Positions 26,688 to 37,325 of a stretch of 64,000 nt of DNA are shown in pieces. Each line of letters opens with the position of its first letter. The first letter of the stretch is position 1. The position numbers and the translations under genes were made by a program. The notes beneath the pieces are model-generated. The model was not told the origin of the DNA and ran no database searches. It saw nothing but the letters and a program-made list of their open reading frames with translations. Source of the DNA: an uncultured Pseudomonadota bacterium. GTDB lineage: Bacteria; Pseudomonadota; Alphaproteobacteria; Rs-D84. The stretch spans positions 11,764 through 75,763 of the forward strand of contig CAMOGA010000003.1 of assembly GCA_946613885.1 (NCBI GenBank), given 5' to 3'.

Positions 26688-29600
26688 ATGAAATTTATAC
26701 GGATTTTTGGTGTGTTGATGCTTATGATGCCATGCGTGTCATGGGCGGCGGGTACGTCTGAATTTCAAAATGCATCACAATTATTAACTGCGGCACGTCG
26801 TGGCGATATTCAAACTGTTCAGGTTTTAATTAATAATGGTACAGATGTTAATTATGTGGATTCTACCGGTTTATCAGTGGTATGTACGGCGGTTATGAAT
26901 AATGACAAGCGCGCAATTCAGATTTTACAAATGTATGGCGCAGACGCATCAAATTGTGATCGTCAAATAAAACAATATAAACAAAAAACACGTGTCGCGG
27001 CACGTGGGGAAGAGGGCGGATTTTTCAGTGGCCTGTCTTCTACACATGTGTTGGCGTTATCTGCGGTTGGTGCGGCGGCGGTAATTGGTGGTGTCGCATT
27101 GTTAACCAATGTTTTGGATGATAATGATGGTGGTGGGGCCAGTGGTGGTTCAAATGGCGACCGACCAAATAATAATAATTCAGATTCATCTACATCGACA
27201 ACAACAACACAATTGTTTGCGCAAAATTTGCCTTATGGTCCGGGATGTACAGGTGATGATTGTTCCGAAGATTATGCGATATGGGAACAGAAAACCCCAA
27301 AAGATTTTGATTTTATGTCCACTGGGAATAATTTCAATTATTTAATGGTGGCGCATGCATACGATGCGTTTGTTCGTGGGTATTTGGGGATGACAACGGT
27401 TAGAAATGATTCAACACGTGAAATATTTAATTTATCGGATCCAAAATATCCTTTTGACCAAACATTGGGCGGGGGTAAACCAATTAATGTAGCAACTATT
27501 ACTGCGTCTGGCGTTAACGCAACGGGCAGTGCAGTTGATGGTTTGATTTATTGGTTTGATGCAAATAAAAGAAACAGTTTGGTTTCGTTGTGTACGAATT
27601 CTGATGGGACATTTTCACAGGCATGTATAGATGCTGTAAATTCATCGGTAAAGATGTCACATAAATATTTTAATTTAACTGGTGCCACGGTTGATAACGC
27701 AACAGAAACAACATCTTTTGATTTGTCTGGTTCGGGCAGTGTTTTTGGTATGGCAACAGATTCTGATACAAAATTGGCGAAAATAATTGCAGGATGGGAA
27801 GGTGATGAACGTGCCAATCCGGATTTTTATGGTTTTATTCCAAATGGACAATTAACTGTGTATAAGACAGGCGGTGGAAATATGTGGGTTGACACAACAT
27901 CGTCATCTGTGACAGCTGCGTATTTAATTGCTGGTGATGAATTGGCGGTGAACGATAAATTTACACTGTCAGATAATACGGTGTTGACTGTGACAAGTGT
28001 TTCGGAAAATTCTTTTCATGCAACAGATTCATCTGATAATGAATACAGCGGATATTTAATTGGCAATAATTTATTTATCGATTCAAATGCAGATGGAAAT
28101 ATTAATCAAATGTATGTATTAGGGGATGAAAATGCTCTGACTTTGACCAAAGAATTAGTCGTGGCAGATTACAAAAATTATTCTGCGATTTATAGGGCAT
28201 TATCATTAAAAGATTCTGGTAAATACGTTGCAAATGTTGTGGCGAATTTATCGCAACCAGCGGGGGCATCTGAATTAGGATATGCAGATGTTAGTGATGC
28301 GTTGGTTTTATATAATAATTCAACAACAGATGCCTTGAAAAACAGTACATTTTTAGGATTAATTGATAATTACTATAATTTGAATACGACCGATGATTCA
28401 ACTGTAAATAAACCATCAATTGATGCAGATAATGCATTTACATATTTAAAAAATAACCAGGAACAAATTTTGGTAAATCCTGCAGGGCACAGTTTATTTG
28501 GATTGGGAACGGGTCAATCTTTAAGTCCACAATTGGCGACATTTGAAAATTTTGCACCGGTTATATATCCTGGTTTGCAAAATCTGTTTATGACGGTTGT
28601 TGCGGTTAAACCGGCAGACGGAACGGATGGCGATACGATTACAGGATATACTGCATCTGGTGCGGGTACACTGGAATTATCTGAATGGAAAGATGCTGAT
28701 AATAATAATAATATATCGCGCATGTGCGGATTAAGCGGAACAGGTAATGGAGGTGCATTAAACCCGTGGTGTTTTGCAGCACCTGGTAATACAGATTTAG
28801 AAGCAACAGCGGCGATGGCTGGGGCAATTGCATTGGTTAACAGTGCATTTGATTACATGAAACCACAAGAGATATTCTTGTTATTGGCTTTGACTGCCGA
28901 TGGACCTTATTTGGGAAAATATGCATGGTCTGAAACTCATGATTCTTTGTTGGAATATTTGCAAGATATGTACACTTTACCGGGCAGTATTAATACATCT
29001 GATGCACAATACATGGATGATTTTAAAAAAGTATTCGGATATGGTATGATAAATCTGGAACGTGCGACACGTCCAGGAACAAATGTTTATTTTTATGATT
29101 CTGATACAAACAGTATCGTTTCCAGTTCTGGTAAAGATGCGTTTTGGGGCAAGGTTTCATCCACAACAAATTCATCGCGTGCATCAACAGTGTTGTCTTT
29201 GTCAGGGCGGGGTGCGATAACAACATCTTTCTATGATGTTATACAAAGTGCGGACGGAACAATTTCTTTGCCACGTGTATGGAACGCAACATTGAACACA
29301 GATAATTATTCTAGACATGCTTTGTACATGGGGGATGTGTTGGGTGAATTTAATGTTGATTCGACAAACAGGCAATCTAATCAAATTGGTGATTTTACTT
29401 TCAATATGTCAACCAGTCAACGTGCATATAATGATAATATGAACGGACTGGATAATCTAAGCGTTTCATTTAAAAATGAAAAATATGATATTGATGCAAA
29501 TTATCAGCGTTTCTTGACCGATGGTTTGTCACGATTTGATGGGCGTGCAAATGGTGTATTGTCGTTGGTTTCAAATTCTGTTGGTGGGGGTGCAAAATAT

Positions 29601-30323
29601 AAATACGGTAATTTTGCATTTGGAACACGTGCATTTTCAGGAATAATATCTGATGAAAATTTATTACAAAATGACCCTGTCGTTTCGTCCCAATTTGAAC
29701 CGGCACGTTTAGGGCTTGCAAATGGCATATCTGTTGATGGTGAATACAAAAATGACAGTTTTGCGTTTAATGTTGCAATTGGTAATTTACACGAAAATAA
29801 TACGGTTTTGGGTGCGTATAGTGATGGTTTGTTAACAATGCGTGGTGGTGATACAAAATATATTGATGCGGTTATGACTTATAATCCAATTGAAAAATTA
29901 AAATTATTTGCGCGCGCAACATTTGCTGATACAGACGTTAATACAACAGGTGGCATAATCAGTAATATTTCCAACATTAAATCAAATGCGTTTGCGCTGG
30001 GGACAAATATTGGTGGTTTTGAATTTACTGTGGCAATGCCGTTGGCGGTGGTGGATGGTAAATTAGGTTATGATTATGCAGATTTTGATGTTGTTGAAAA
30101 CGGTGGAAAATACGAAATTGCGATGAATAATCCACATATTGAATATGTTGATTTATCCGCGCAAAAACGTGAAATGCGTTTTTCAACATCATATAAAAAA
30201 TCAGTTGGTAAATTTACCGATGCAGGTATTGGTTTGATATATCGTATTAATCCAAATCACTCAGACACGTTTGGTAATGAATCAATGCTGATGTTTAAGA
30301 TTCATCATCGTTTGGGAATATAA
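26688..30323 (+). CDS. ankyrin-repeat / subtilase-like (apparently inactive) autotransporter
   Basis: Start at MKFIRIFGVL (signal peptide). ANK-like repeats (AARRGDIQTVQVLINNGTDVNYVD...). The passenger aligns with ORF 48590 around CFAAPGNTD--LEATAAMAGAIALV but lacks the GTS catalytic-Ser motif. C-terminal beta-barrel-like region. Confidence 0.75.
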   Translation: MKFIRIFGVLMLMMPCVSWAAGTSEFQNASQLLTAARRGDIQTVQVLINNGTDVNYVDSTGLSVVCTAVMNNDKRAIQILQMYGADASNCDRQIKQYKQKTRVAARGEEGGFFSGLSSTHVLALSAVGAAAVIGGVALLTNVLDDNDGGGASGGSNGDRPNNNNSDSSTSTTTTQLFAQNLPYGPGCTGDDCSEDYAIWEQKTPKDFDFMSTGNNFNYLMVAHAYDAFVRGYLGMTTVRNDSTREIFNLSDPKYPFDQTLGGGKPINVATITASGVNATGSAVDGLIYWFDANKRNSLVSLCTNSDGTFSQACIDAVNSSVKMSHKYFNLTGATVDNATETTSFDLSGSGSVFGMATDSDTKLAKIIAGWEGDERANPDFYGFIPNGQLTVYKTGGGNMWVDTTSSSVTAAYLIAGDELAVNDKFTLSDNTVLTVTSVSENSFHATDSSDNEYSGYLIGNNLFIDSNADGNINQMYVLGDENALTLTKELVVADYKNYSAIYRALSLKDSGKYVANVVANLSQPAGASELGYADVSDALVLYNNSTTDALKNSTFLGLIDNYYNLNTTDDSTVNKPSIDADNAFTYLKNNQEQILVNPAGHSLFGLGTGQSLSPQLATFENFAPVIYPGLQNLFMTVVAVKPADGTDGDTITGYTASGAGTLELSEWKDADNNNNISRMCGLSGTGNGGALNPWCFAAPGNTDLEATAAMAGAIALVNSAFDYMKPQEIFLLLALTADGPYLGKYAWSETHDSLLEYLQDMYTLPGSINTSDAQYMDDFKKVFGYGMINLERATRPGTNVYFYDSDTNSIVSSSGKDAFWGKVSSTTNSSRASTVLSLSGRGAITTSFYDVIQSADGTISLPRVWNATLNTDNYSRHALYMGDVLGEFNVDSTNRQSNQIGDFTFNMSTSQRAYNDNMNGLDNLSVSFKNEKYDIDANYQRFLTDGLSRFDGRANGVLSLVSNSVGGGAKYKYGNFAFGTRAFSGIISDENLLQNDPVVSSQFEPARLGLANGISVDGEYKNDSFAFNVAIGNLHENNTVLGAYSDGLLTMRGGDTKYIDAVMTYNPIEKLKLFARATFADTDVNTTGGIISNISNIKSNAFALGTNIGGFEFTVAMPLAVVDGKLGYDYADFDVVENGGKYEIAMNNPHIEYVDLSAQKREMRFSTSYKKSVGKFTDAGIGLIYRINPNHSDTFGNESMLMFKIHHRLGI

Positions 30324-30392
30324 AATTATTATTATCTGATTTTTGAATACGTTCCTGTTGTTTTAGCGTGTTGTTCATGTTAAAATAATGGC

Positions 30393-31469
30393 ATGAAAAA
30401 GTTAAATTTTATTTTATTAGGTATAATCGCGATTGTTGGGATTCGTTTTGATGCGATTGCGTGCACTGGGATAACATTAAAATCCCAAGATGGCACAAAC
30501 GTTGTTGCACGAACTGTGGAATGGGCGGCTGGTGAATCGCCCAGCGATTATTTAATCGTTCCGCAGGGTTTTGAACAACAATCTATGTTGCCAGATGGTA
30601 CACGTTCAGGTATAAAATATATCACATTTTATGGATATGTTGGATTGGCATCCGAAGATTATGTTATCGAAGGATTAAACGAAGCAGGATTATCGGCCGG
30701 ATTATTTTATTTCCCAAAATATGGTTCATATCCAAAATATGACCCATCACAAAAAGATATTACAATTTCAGATACTGAATTTGTCGCGTGGATTTTAGGA
30801 AATTTTGAAACAGTTGATGATGTGATTGCTGCATTAAGTAATATTCGCGTTGTTGCCACAGATGCGCGCGCAGAAAATCTGCATTGGCGCGTGGCAGATA
30901 AATACGGTCGTCAAATTGTAATTGAATATATTGACGGCATCGCCACAGTAAATGAAAATAAATTAGGTGTATTAACAAATGCACCAGAATACACGTGGCA
31001 TATGAACAATTTGAATAATTATATAAATTTGAAACCAGGCGCAACAGAACCCCATAAATTTGGTAGTATAACATTAAAATCTTTGGGACATGGTTCAAAC
31101 ATGTTGGGATTACCAGGCGATACAACTTCGCCATCACGGTTTGTACGTGCTGCATTTTATCAAACGTCTGCGCCCATCTTAGAAACCGCAGAACAAACCG
31201 TTAACCAGGCATTTGTTATTTTAAACGCCATGACAATCCCAATCGGAATACAATATTCTGACAAAACAAAAATCCCGAATATTCCGACTGCGACACAATG
31301 GACATCAGTCACAGATATGACAAACAATCGTATTTATTATACGACCATGTATAATCCAATAATTCGTAAATTTGATTTAAACGAAATAGATTTTTCAACC
31401 GTCAAATATCAACAACATCCATTGGATTTAATCAAATCTCGCCCAATGCTGGATGCGGCGATAGATTGA
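30393..31469 (+). CDS. choloylglycine hydrolase family (Ntn linear-amide C-N hydrolase)
   Basis: Signal peptide ending AIA followed by Cys (CTGITLKSQDG), the N-terminal nucleophile arrangement of this family. Length 358 aa. Confidence 0.75.
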   Translation: MKKLNFILLGIIAIVGIRFDAIACTGITLKSQDGTNVVARTVEWAAGESPSDYLIVPQGFEQQSMLPDGTRSGIKYITFYGYVGLASEDYVIEGLNEAGLSAGLFYFPKYGSYPKYDPSQKDITISDTEFVAWILGNFETVDDVIAALSNIRVVATDARAENLHWRVADKYGRQIVIEYIDGIATVNENKLGVLTNAPEYTWHMNNLNNYINLKPGATEPHKFGSITLKSLGHGSNMLGLPGDTTSPSRFVRAAFYQTSAPILETAEQTVNQAFVILNAMTIPIGIQYSDKTKIPNIPTATQWTSVTDMTNNRIYYTTMYNPIIRKFDLNEIDFSTVKYQQHPLDLIKSRPMLDAAID

Positions 31470-31541
31470 TTTTTTTGAAAAAATATTTGAATTTTTTTGC
31501 AAAACAATATATAAATATTCCGCAAAACAAAAGGAATATAT

Positions 31542-32117
31542 ATGAAAAAATTAGTATTAATGGCCGGCGGTCAGGGGTCAGGCAAAGGAACAATGGCTCA
31601 AAAAATATTGAAAGATAACCCAAATTTTAAATATGTTGAAACAGGTGCGATGTTGCGTGCATTGCCTGACAATTCACCATTAAAACAAATTATGGCACGT
31701 GGCGAATTTGTGCCAGATGCAGATTTATGCAATTTATTAACGGAAAAAATTGTTCCGCAACATGATACGATTTTAGACGGTTTTCCACGTCAATTGTCCC
31801 AGGCACAATGGTTATTAATGAAATTTGCAAATCGTTTTGATATGGTTGCGGTATATTTGAATATTTCACGTGAATTAATGGAAAAGCGCATTAAACAACG
31901 TATCAGTGAAGGTGTTGGTCGTGCCGATGATGCGGATAAAACAGTGGTACAACGCCGCCTGGACAGTTTTTTCAACAAAACAGTTCCTGCATTAGATTGG
32001 ATGAAAAATTCAAAACAAATTAAATTTCTAGATATTCCAATTCGTGATGTATCTATTGATGAAAACTATGCGACATTGACACAAATTTTGTGCAAAAATA
32101 ATGTGATAACACGCTAG
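31542..32117 (+). CDS. adk: adenylate kinase-like nucleoside monophosphate kinase
   Basis: P-loop GGQGSGKGT, ...ETGAMLRA..., DGFPR motif. Short (lid-less) form. Confidence 0.7.
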   Translation: MKKLVLMAGGQGSGKGTMAQKILKDNPNFKYVETGAMLRALPDNSPLKQIMARGEFVPDADLCNLLTEKIVPQHDTILDGFPRQLSQAQWLLMKFANRFDMVAVYLNISRELMEKRIKQRISEGVGRADDADKTVVQRRLDSFFNKTVPALDWMKNSKQIKFLDIPIRDVSIDENYATLTQILCKNNVITR

Positions 32118-32251
32118 GATATTTTTGTCTTGATTTATTATGCATAATTCCACGTGAAATAATGTCACGTGGTTTTTTGTAAAAAACATTTGTTTTACAA
32201 TGTAAAATATGGTAAAATACACTGTGAAATAAAAAATCTAAAGGAGAAAAT

Positions 32252-33553
32252 ATGCCAAACGATGCAACAAAACAAGATATAATTGATGTCATAGATTTTA
32301 GCAAAACTTCGCTTGCGAAACCTGAATATCTGAGAGATATAATCAAAAATTTTTCGACCAGACATCCGTATGGTGACTTTTTCAATATCGCTAACCATTT
32401 GATATTGACATATTTTTGCAAACATCACATTAAAACACCAGCTGATATTGGAATATTAGTGGTGCCTTTATTGGAAAGACGCGATGGTGGTTTTGAGCCT
32501 TTTCAGAATTATATGTCAGACGATGAAAAACGAATTGTGTTCAAATCATTCAATGTTAACAATTTGGTTGATATGATGAATATGATTGAAACAAATCCAG
32601 ATGTTTTGAATGCTGTTGTAGGTGATAGAAGAGCAGCAGAAAGATTCCAAAGAGTATTCGAACGTTTTTCTCAACATGATTTGGATTTGTTTTTATCAGA
32701 AACCGGTGCAGATAAATTTGTTAATTTTATAAAAATACGACAGGCCAAAAGGCGTGAAGAATTAGAAAAGGAAAAAAAGGAAGAGGCTGAAAGGGAAAAA
32801 CGTCAAAGAGAAATAGAGGCCGAAAGGGAAAAACGTCAAAGAGAAAAAGAAGAACAAGAAGCAGAACGTGAAAAAAAATTCAATGCAGTGGTCAGTAAAA
32901 GATTACAGAAATTGGCTGCCAATCTTGACAAGGGAGTTTTTAAATATACAATGCGTACGCCGTTTAATGGGGAAATAACCAGTGCGCATATATCACGTTT
33001 GCCGCATGATGACCCAGGGGTACTTGCAATGTTTAATGCGTTGGTGAAAGCGCAAACAAAAATCACCACACCGGAAGAATTAAAAGGATTTAATGATTTG
33101 TTGCAGTATATGTCTGGACAATTTAAACCAAAAACATGTTTATATCATACATCTGTGGTGGATATGATGGCTGCTGCTGGGGTTAAAAATTTTAACGACA
33201 AAGATAAAAAACCATTCAAGACACAAGAAGCCATCGCTCGTTACAGACATATTTTGTGGGTTTTACGTCGTTATCCAACAGTTTTTGGTGTTGATGGATT
33301 TGATGTAGCGAAAGATTTTACTGACAATCCGCATAGTAAATCTGTTAATATATTTGACTATGATAACGATAAAGAATTACAAAAGTTAGAAGCCAAGGCA
33401 CAGTTTGACAAAGAAAAAGGCTATATTATGTACGAATCGGACCACACCAAAAAAAGAGAGATATTTAAACGTGTTGGCTTGGCTATCAGGACCGTTAAAA
33501 ACAAAAAAAATTACAAAAATACATTAAAAGAAATAAACGACAGAAGTAAATAA
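32252..33553 (+). CDS. hypothetical soluble protein with central K/E/R-rich repeat
   Basis: 433 aa, no signal peptide. 33-nt tandem duplication EAEREKRQREI/EAEREKRQREK. No domain recognised. Confidence 0.7.
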   Translation: MPNDATKQDIIDVIDFSKTSLAKPEYLRDIIKNFSTRHPYGDFFNIANHLILTYFCKHHIKTPADIGILVVPLLERRDGGFEPFQNYMSDDEKRIVFKSFNVNNLVDMMNMIETNPDVLNAVVGDRRAAERFQRVFERFSQHDLDLFLSETGADKFVNFIKIRQAKRREELEKEKKEEAEREKRQREIEAEREKRQREKEEQEAEREKKFNAVVSKRLQKLAANLDKGVFKYTMRTPFNGEITSAHISRLPHDDPGVLAMFNALVKAQTKITTPEELKGFNDLLQYMSGQFKPKTCLYHTSVVDMMAAAGVKNFNDKDKKPFKTQEAIARYRHILWVLRRYPTVFGVDGFDVAKDFTDNPHSKSVNIFDYDNDKELQKLEAKAQFDKEKGYIMYESDHTKKREIFKRVGLAIRTVKNKKNYKNTLKEINDRSK

Positions 33554-33570
33554 TAATTATAATATATAAA

Positions 33571-33603
33571 CACCGCTGATTTATTTTCAGCGGTGCTTTT
33601 TTT
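33571..33603. terminator. terminator hairpin between convergent genes
   Basis: CACCGCTGA-TTTATTTT-CAGCGGTG followed by CTTTTTTT. Confidence 0.7.
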
Positions 33604-33616
33604 AATATTAAATTTT

Positions 33617-34147
33617 TTATTTTGACACAACAACCATTGCAGTTCGCAGAACCGTATCACCAAACAAATATCCAGTTTGTAATTCATCAACAATAGTGTT
33701 TGTTGCGGTTTTTTCATCTGGTTTATCAATCATTTGAATTGCATTATGAAATTTTGGGTTTAATGGTTGACCAATTGATTCAATTTTTACAATCCCAATT
33801 TGTGAAAACGCGTTTTGTAATGCACGTTCCATGGATTGTATGCCTGCATCATCAGGATTGTGTTTCAACGCGGATTGTACTGCATCCATCACTGGCAATA
33901 TTTTTTCTGCAACACTCATCGCACGGTTGCGTGATACAGATTCCACATCCAGTGCAGAACGACGACGTGTGTTTTCTAATTCTGCCGCGATACGCAAATA
34001 TTTATCGTTCAATTCAGCAATTTTGTTATTTAATTTTTCAATTATTTCGGTTTGCTTATCTGATTCAATTGATGAATTTTCATTTATTGATACAGATTCT
34101 ACTTTTACTTCTTTCTGATTTTCCGAATTTTCAGTTTGTTCGTTCAT
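33617..34147 (-). CDS. grpE: nucleotide exchange factor GrpE
   Basis: ELNDKYLRIAAELENTRRR and the C-terminal GrpE beta-domain pattern. Confidence 0.92.
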   Translation of the reverse strand: MNEQTENSENQKEVKVESVSINENSSIESDKQTEIIEKLNNKIAELNDKYLRIAAELENTRRRSALDVESVSRNRAMSVAEKILPVMDAVQSALKHNPDDAGIQSMERALQNAFSQIGIVKIESIGQPLNPKFHNAIQMIDKPDEKTATNTIVDELQTGYLFGDTVLRTAMVVVSK

Positions 34148-34176
34148 GATATACCTGCCTGATTTTTATTATAAGA

Positions 34177-34863
34177 TTAATCAACTGAGTTTATTATAGG
34201 TATAAATGTTTCGCTTTTCAAGGATGCACCACCAATTAATAAACCGTCAATATATGGTATTGATGCAATATCATGTGCGTTTGATTGATTGATGCTGCCA
34301 CCATATAATATGGGCATCGGTTGGGGCAGGGTATCAAATATCGTTTTCACAGCCGTCACAATTTCATTATTTGTTGGTGTTAATCCAGAACCGATGGCCC
34401 AACGTGGCTCGTATGCAATTATGTATTCACCATTATCAGGAATACTTTCCATCAGCATTTGTTTGATAACAGATATTGTATGACCTGCGTTTTTTTCTTC
34501 CATTGTTTCGCCGATACAGATAATTGGTGTAATACCATGTTTGATGGCGATAGTTGCTTTTTCACGAACAATTTCATTTGTTTCATTATGATACAGGCGG
34601 CGTTCGCTGTGCCCAACAATAACATATTTAACACCTGCATCAACCAACATTTGTGCGGATACATCCCCAGTAAATGCACCATTTTCATGATTGCTGACAT
34701 CTTGTGCGCCGATATTGGTTCCAAATCCATCGCCATAAATTAGTGGAAAAGGCACGCATAATATAACCTTGTGATTTGTTTTTATTGATTGCAGGGCACT
34801 TAACATAGATTCTTTTTCGCCCAAATTTCCGTTCATTTTCCAGTTTCCAACAATAATTTTCAT
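34177..34863 (-). CDS. tpiA: triosephosphate isomerase
   Basis: IVGNWKMNG, VIVGHSERR, YEPRWAIGSG motifs. Confidence 0.95.
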   Translation of the reverse strand: MKIIVGNWKMNGNLGEKESMLSALQSIKTNHKVILCVPFPLIYGDGFGTNIGAQDVSNHENGAFTGDVSAQMLVDAGVKYVIVGHSERRLYHNETNEIVREKATIAIKHGITPIICIGETMEEKNAGHTISVIKQMLMESIPDNGEYIIAYEPRWAIGSGLTPTNNEIVTAVKTIFDTLPQPMPILYGGSINQSNAHDIASIPYIDGLLIGGASLKSETFIPIINSVD

Positions 34864-34927
34864 TTTTATTCCTTTTTGGTTGATTTTTTATAATCTTTTC
34901 TGCTATGTTATCGCAAAAGGTGAAAAA

Positions 34928-36340
34928 ATGCTAGAATATTTACGTAATGCTGCTGACAAACCGTTGGCAAAGGTTTTAATGTTTATTTTGATTTTCAGTT
35001 TTGTTGGTTGGGGTGCCGCTGAATGGATATTTGGTGGTGCAACACGTGACACAACACTTATCAATGTGGGGGATGCAGATATTTCTGTACAACAGTTTAA
35101 CAATGAACGTTCAAATCAATTGTCCGCAATGACCAAAGAAGAACAACGTGCGGCATATACCGATCCTGCCAAGGCCAAGGCATTAACTGATTCTGTAATG
35201 GGCAAGATAACTGTTAATCAATTGGAATTGAATCGTGTCAAAGATTTGGGGTTGGTTGTTTCTGAAAAACGAATCGTTGATGAAATTAAATCAGATAAAC
35301 AGTTCCAATTAAACGGTGATTTTTCACCATGGTTATTCCAAATGTTTGTTGAAGGTTCTGGTGCCAGTGAACAAGATATTGCAAACGCTATACGTATAGA
35401 TTTGTCACGTAAAATGATTGTGAATATAACAGATACACAACTGTCAGTGCCACAATTTGCAATTGATGCGGCATACAATGCACGTTATGCCAAACGTGGT
35501 GTTAATTATGCAACTGTTAAATTTGCTGATTACAAGATTGCCGAACCAAATGATGAACAATTGCGTGCATATTATGAACAAAATCCACACATTGTTCCTG
35601 AAACTCGTTCTGTGTCGTATGTCTTTGTTGCGGCAGATATGAATAAACCGGATGTTTACGATGAAAAATTCAAAACTGCACAACAAATCGAAGATATGAT
35701 AATATCTGGTGATTCAATGAAAAGTGCAGCGGATAAATACAATGCAAAATATGTGACAATCAAAGATATAGAACGTGGTGACAAATTGTCTGACAAAATT
35801 TTATCAGATGATTTGGTTGCGAAATTGTTTTCTATGGAATCTGGTACGGAAAGTGAATTGTTGGAATTGCGCGATGGTTTTGTAATTTTACGTGTTGATG
35901 ACGTTGTTGCGCAACACAACGCAGAATTTGATGATGTTAAAAAATCTTTGGTTGCTGGTTGGAAAAAATCTGAACAGCGCAAACAGGCGTACATAGATGC
36001 AAATGAACAGTTAATTGCTGTTAAACGTGGTGAACAGATTAAAAATTCAAAATCTGTCGAAATCACCAGAACAGAGGGCGCACCATTATCTGTGTTAACT
36101 GCGGCATTCGCAGGACACGATGGTGATAATGTTTTAACCGAAGACAGTGATGCTTTTTACATTGTCAGTATCGGTAAAAACACAATGCCAGCGGCAGACA
36201 AAAACAAAAAAGAATCTTTGCGTAAAGAATTGGAAACATTATCTAAACGTTTTGTGGTGGATGATTATACACAGTTTTTAAAACGTGAATATCCAGTACG
36301 TGTTAATCAAAAAACATTTGACAGGTTTATTGCTAAATAA
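34928..36340 (+). CDS. ppiD: PpiD-like periplasmic chaperone (SurA N-terminal domain family)
   Basis: Start at MLEYLRNAADKPLAKVLMFILIFSFVGWG (N-terminal anchor typical of PpiD). Divergent from tpiA, as in many alphaproteobacteria. Confidence 0.75.
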   Translation: MLEYLRNAADKPLAKVLMFILIFSFVGWGAAEWIFGGATRDTTLINVGDADISVQQFNNERSNQLSAMTKEEQRAAYTDPAKAKALTDSVMGKITVNQLELNRVKDLGLVVSEKRIVDEIKSDKQFQLNGDFSPWLFQMFVEGSGASEQDIANAIRIDLSRKMIVNITDTQLSVPQFAIDAAYNARYAKRGVNYATVKFADYKIAEPNDEQLRAYYEQNPHIVPETRSVSYVFVAADMNKPDVYDEKFKTAQQIEDMIISGDSMKSAADKYNAKYVTIKDIERGDKLSDKILSDDLVAKLFSMESGTESELLELRDGFVILRVDDVVAQHNAEFDDVKKSLVAGWKKSEQRKQAYIDANEQLIAVKRGEQIKNSKSVEITRTEGAPLSVLTAAFAGHDGDNVLTEDSDAFYIVSIGKNTMPAADKNKKESLRKELETLSKRFVVDDYTQFLKREYPVRVNQKTFDRFIAK

Positions 36341-36350
36341 GGGGTGTAAG

Positions 36351-36536
36351 ATGGCTTTTCCAAAACATACAAAACCGATGTTTATTCCACATGGTGGCCC
36401 AGATAAAGATGGTGCATGGACAATCGTTTTTTTGATGGAAAATAATGGAAAAAAATATTATCAAAGAATATGGTCTGAAACAAAAAATTCTTTGCAGCGT
36501 GTGTTGTCCGAAATGCAAAGATGTTATACAGATTAA
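36351..36536 (+). CDS. small hypothetical protein (61 aa)
   Basis: ATG 36351 preceded by AAGGGG. Followed directly by a terminator. Confidence 0.45.
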   Translation: MAFPKHTKPMFIPHGGPDKDGAWTIVFLMENNGKKYYQRIWSETKNSLQRVLSEMQRCYTD

Positions 36537-36540
36537 ATGT

Positions 36541-36567
36541 AAAAATCGCCATAACTGGCGATTTTTG
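36541..36567 (+). terminator. rho-independent terminator
   Basis: AAAAATCGCC-ATAACT-GGCGATTTTTG. Confidence 0.75.
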
Positions 36568-36602
36568 TTTTATAAATATTTTTCATAAGATATAATAAGA
36601 TT

Positions 36603-37250
36603 ATGCAGATTGAAAGCAATGGTATTTTGATAAACATAAAACCGTTTTCTGAACGTGATGCGATTGCGCACATATTTACTAAAAATAGCGGTGTGTTGAC
36701 TGGAATGTTGCGCGGTGCGGTTGTTGCACGCAAAAATAAACCACTAATCGGTCAGATTGGACATGTTATATGGAATGCACGTTTGGATTCTCAGTTGGGC
36801 GTATTTCATTTTGAAAATGAAAAAAATTTATCTGCACCATTAATATTAAATAATGATTTGTTGAAAATTATGAACGCAACATTTTCATTGATTTATGCAT
36901 TAATTCCAGAACGCGAATCATACGAACAATTATATCTACGAACGATTGATTTGTTATCAAATTTACCGGACACAAATAATCCATATGATTTATATTTACA
37001 ATGGGAAATTGACTTGTTAAAAGATTTGGGATATGCGCTGGATTTAACAAAATGTTCTGGATGTGGGCGAACCGATAATTTGTGTTATTTATCACCCAAG
37101 ACAGGTCGGGCTGTGTGTGAAAATTGTGGTGTGCCATATGTTGATAAATTATATAAATTGCCAATAAATTTAAATGTGACAAAGCGTTTTATTAACAACA
37201 TTTGCGCCATCCAGGGAATTGACGTTCCATCCGCCAGAAAAATGTTTTAA
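36603..37250 (+). CDS. recO: DNA repair protein RecO
   Basis: N-terminal OB-fold pattern (GILINIKPFSERDAIAHIFTKNSG) and Zn motif CSGCG...CENCG. Confidence 0.88.
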   Translation: MQIESNGILINIKPFSERDAIAHIFTKNSGVLTGMLRGAVVARKNKPLIGQIGHVIWNARLDSQLGVFHFENEKNLSAPLILNNDLLKIMNATFSLIYALIPERESYEQLYLRTIDLLSNLPDTNNPYDLYLQWEIDLLKDLGYALDLTKCSGCGRTDNLCYLSPKTGRAVCENCGVPYVDKLYKLPINLNVTKRFINNICAIQGIDVPSARKMF

Positions 37251-37325
37251 ATTTTTGTTTTTTTACTTGCAAGTGTTGGTTTTTTTTTCTAACATCCAAT
37301 TGTTCAAAAACAAAAGGAGAAAACT

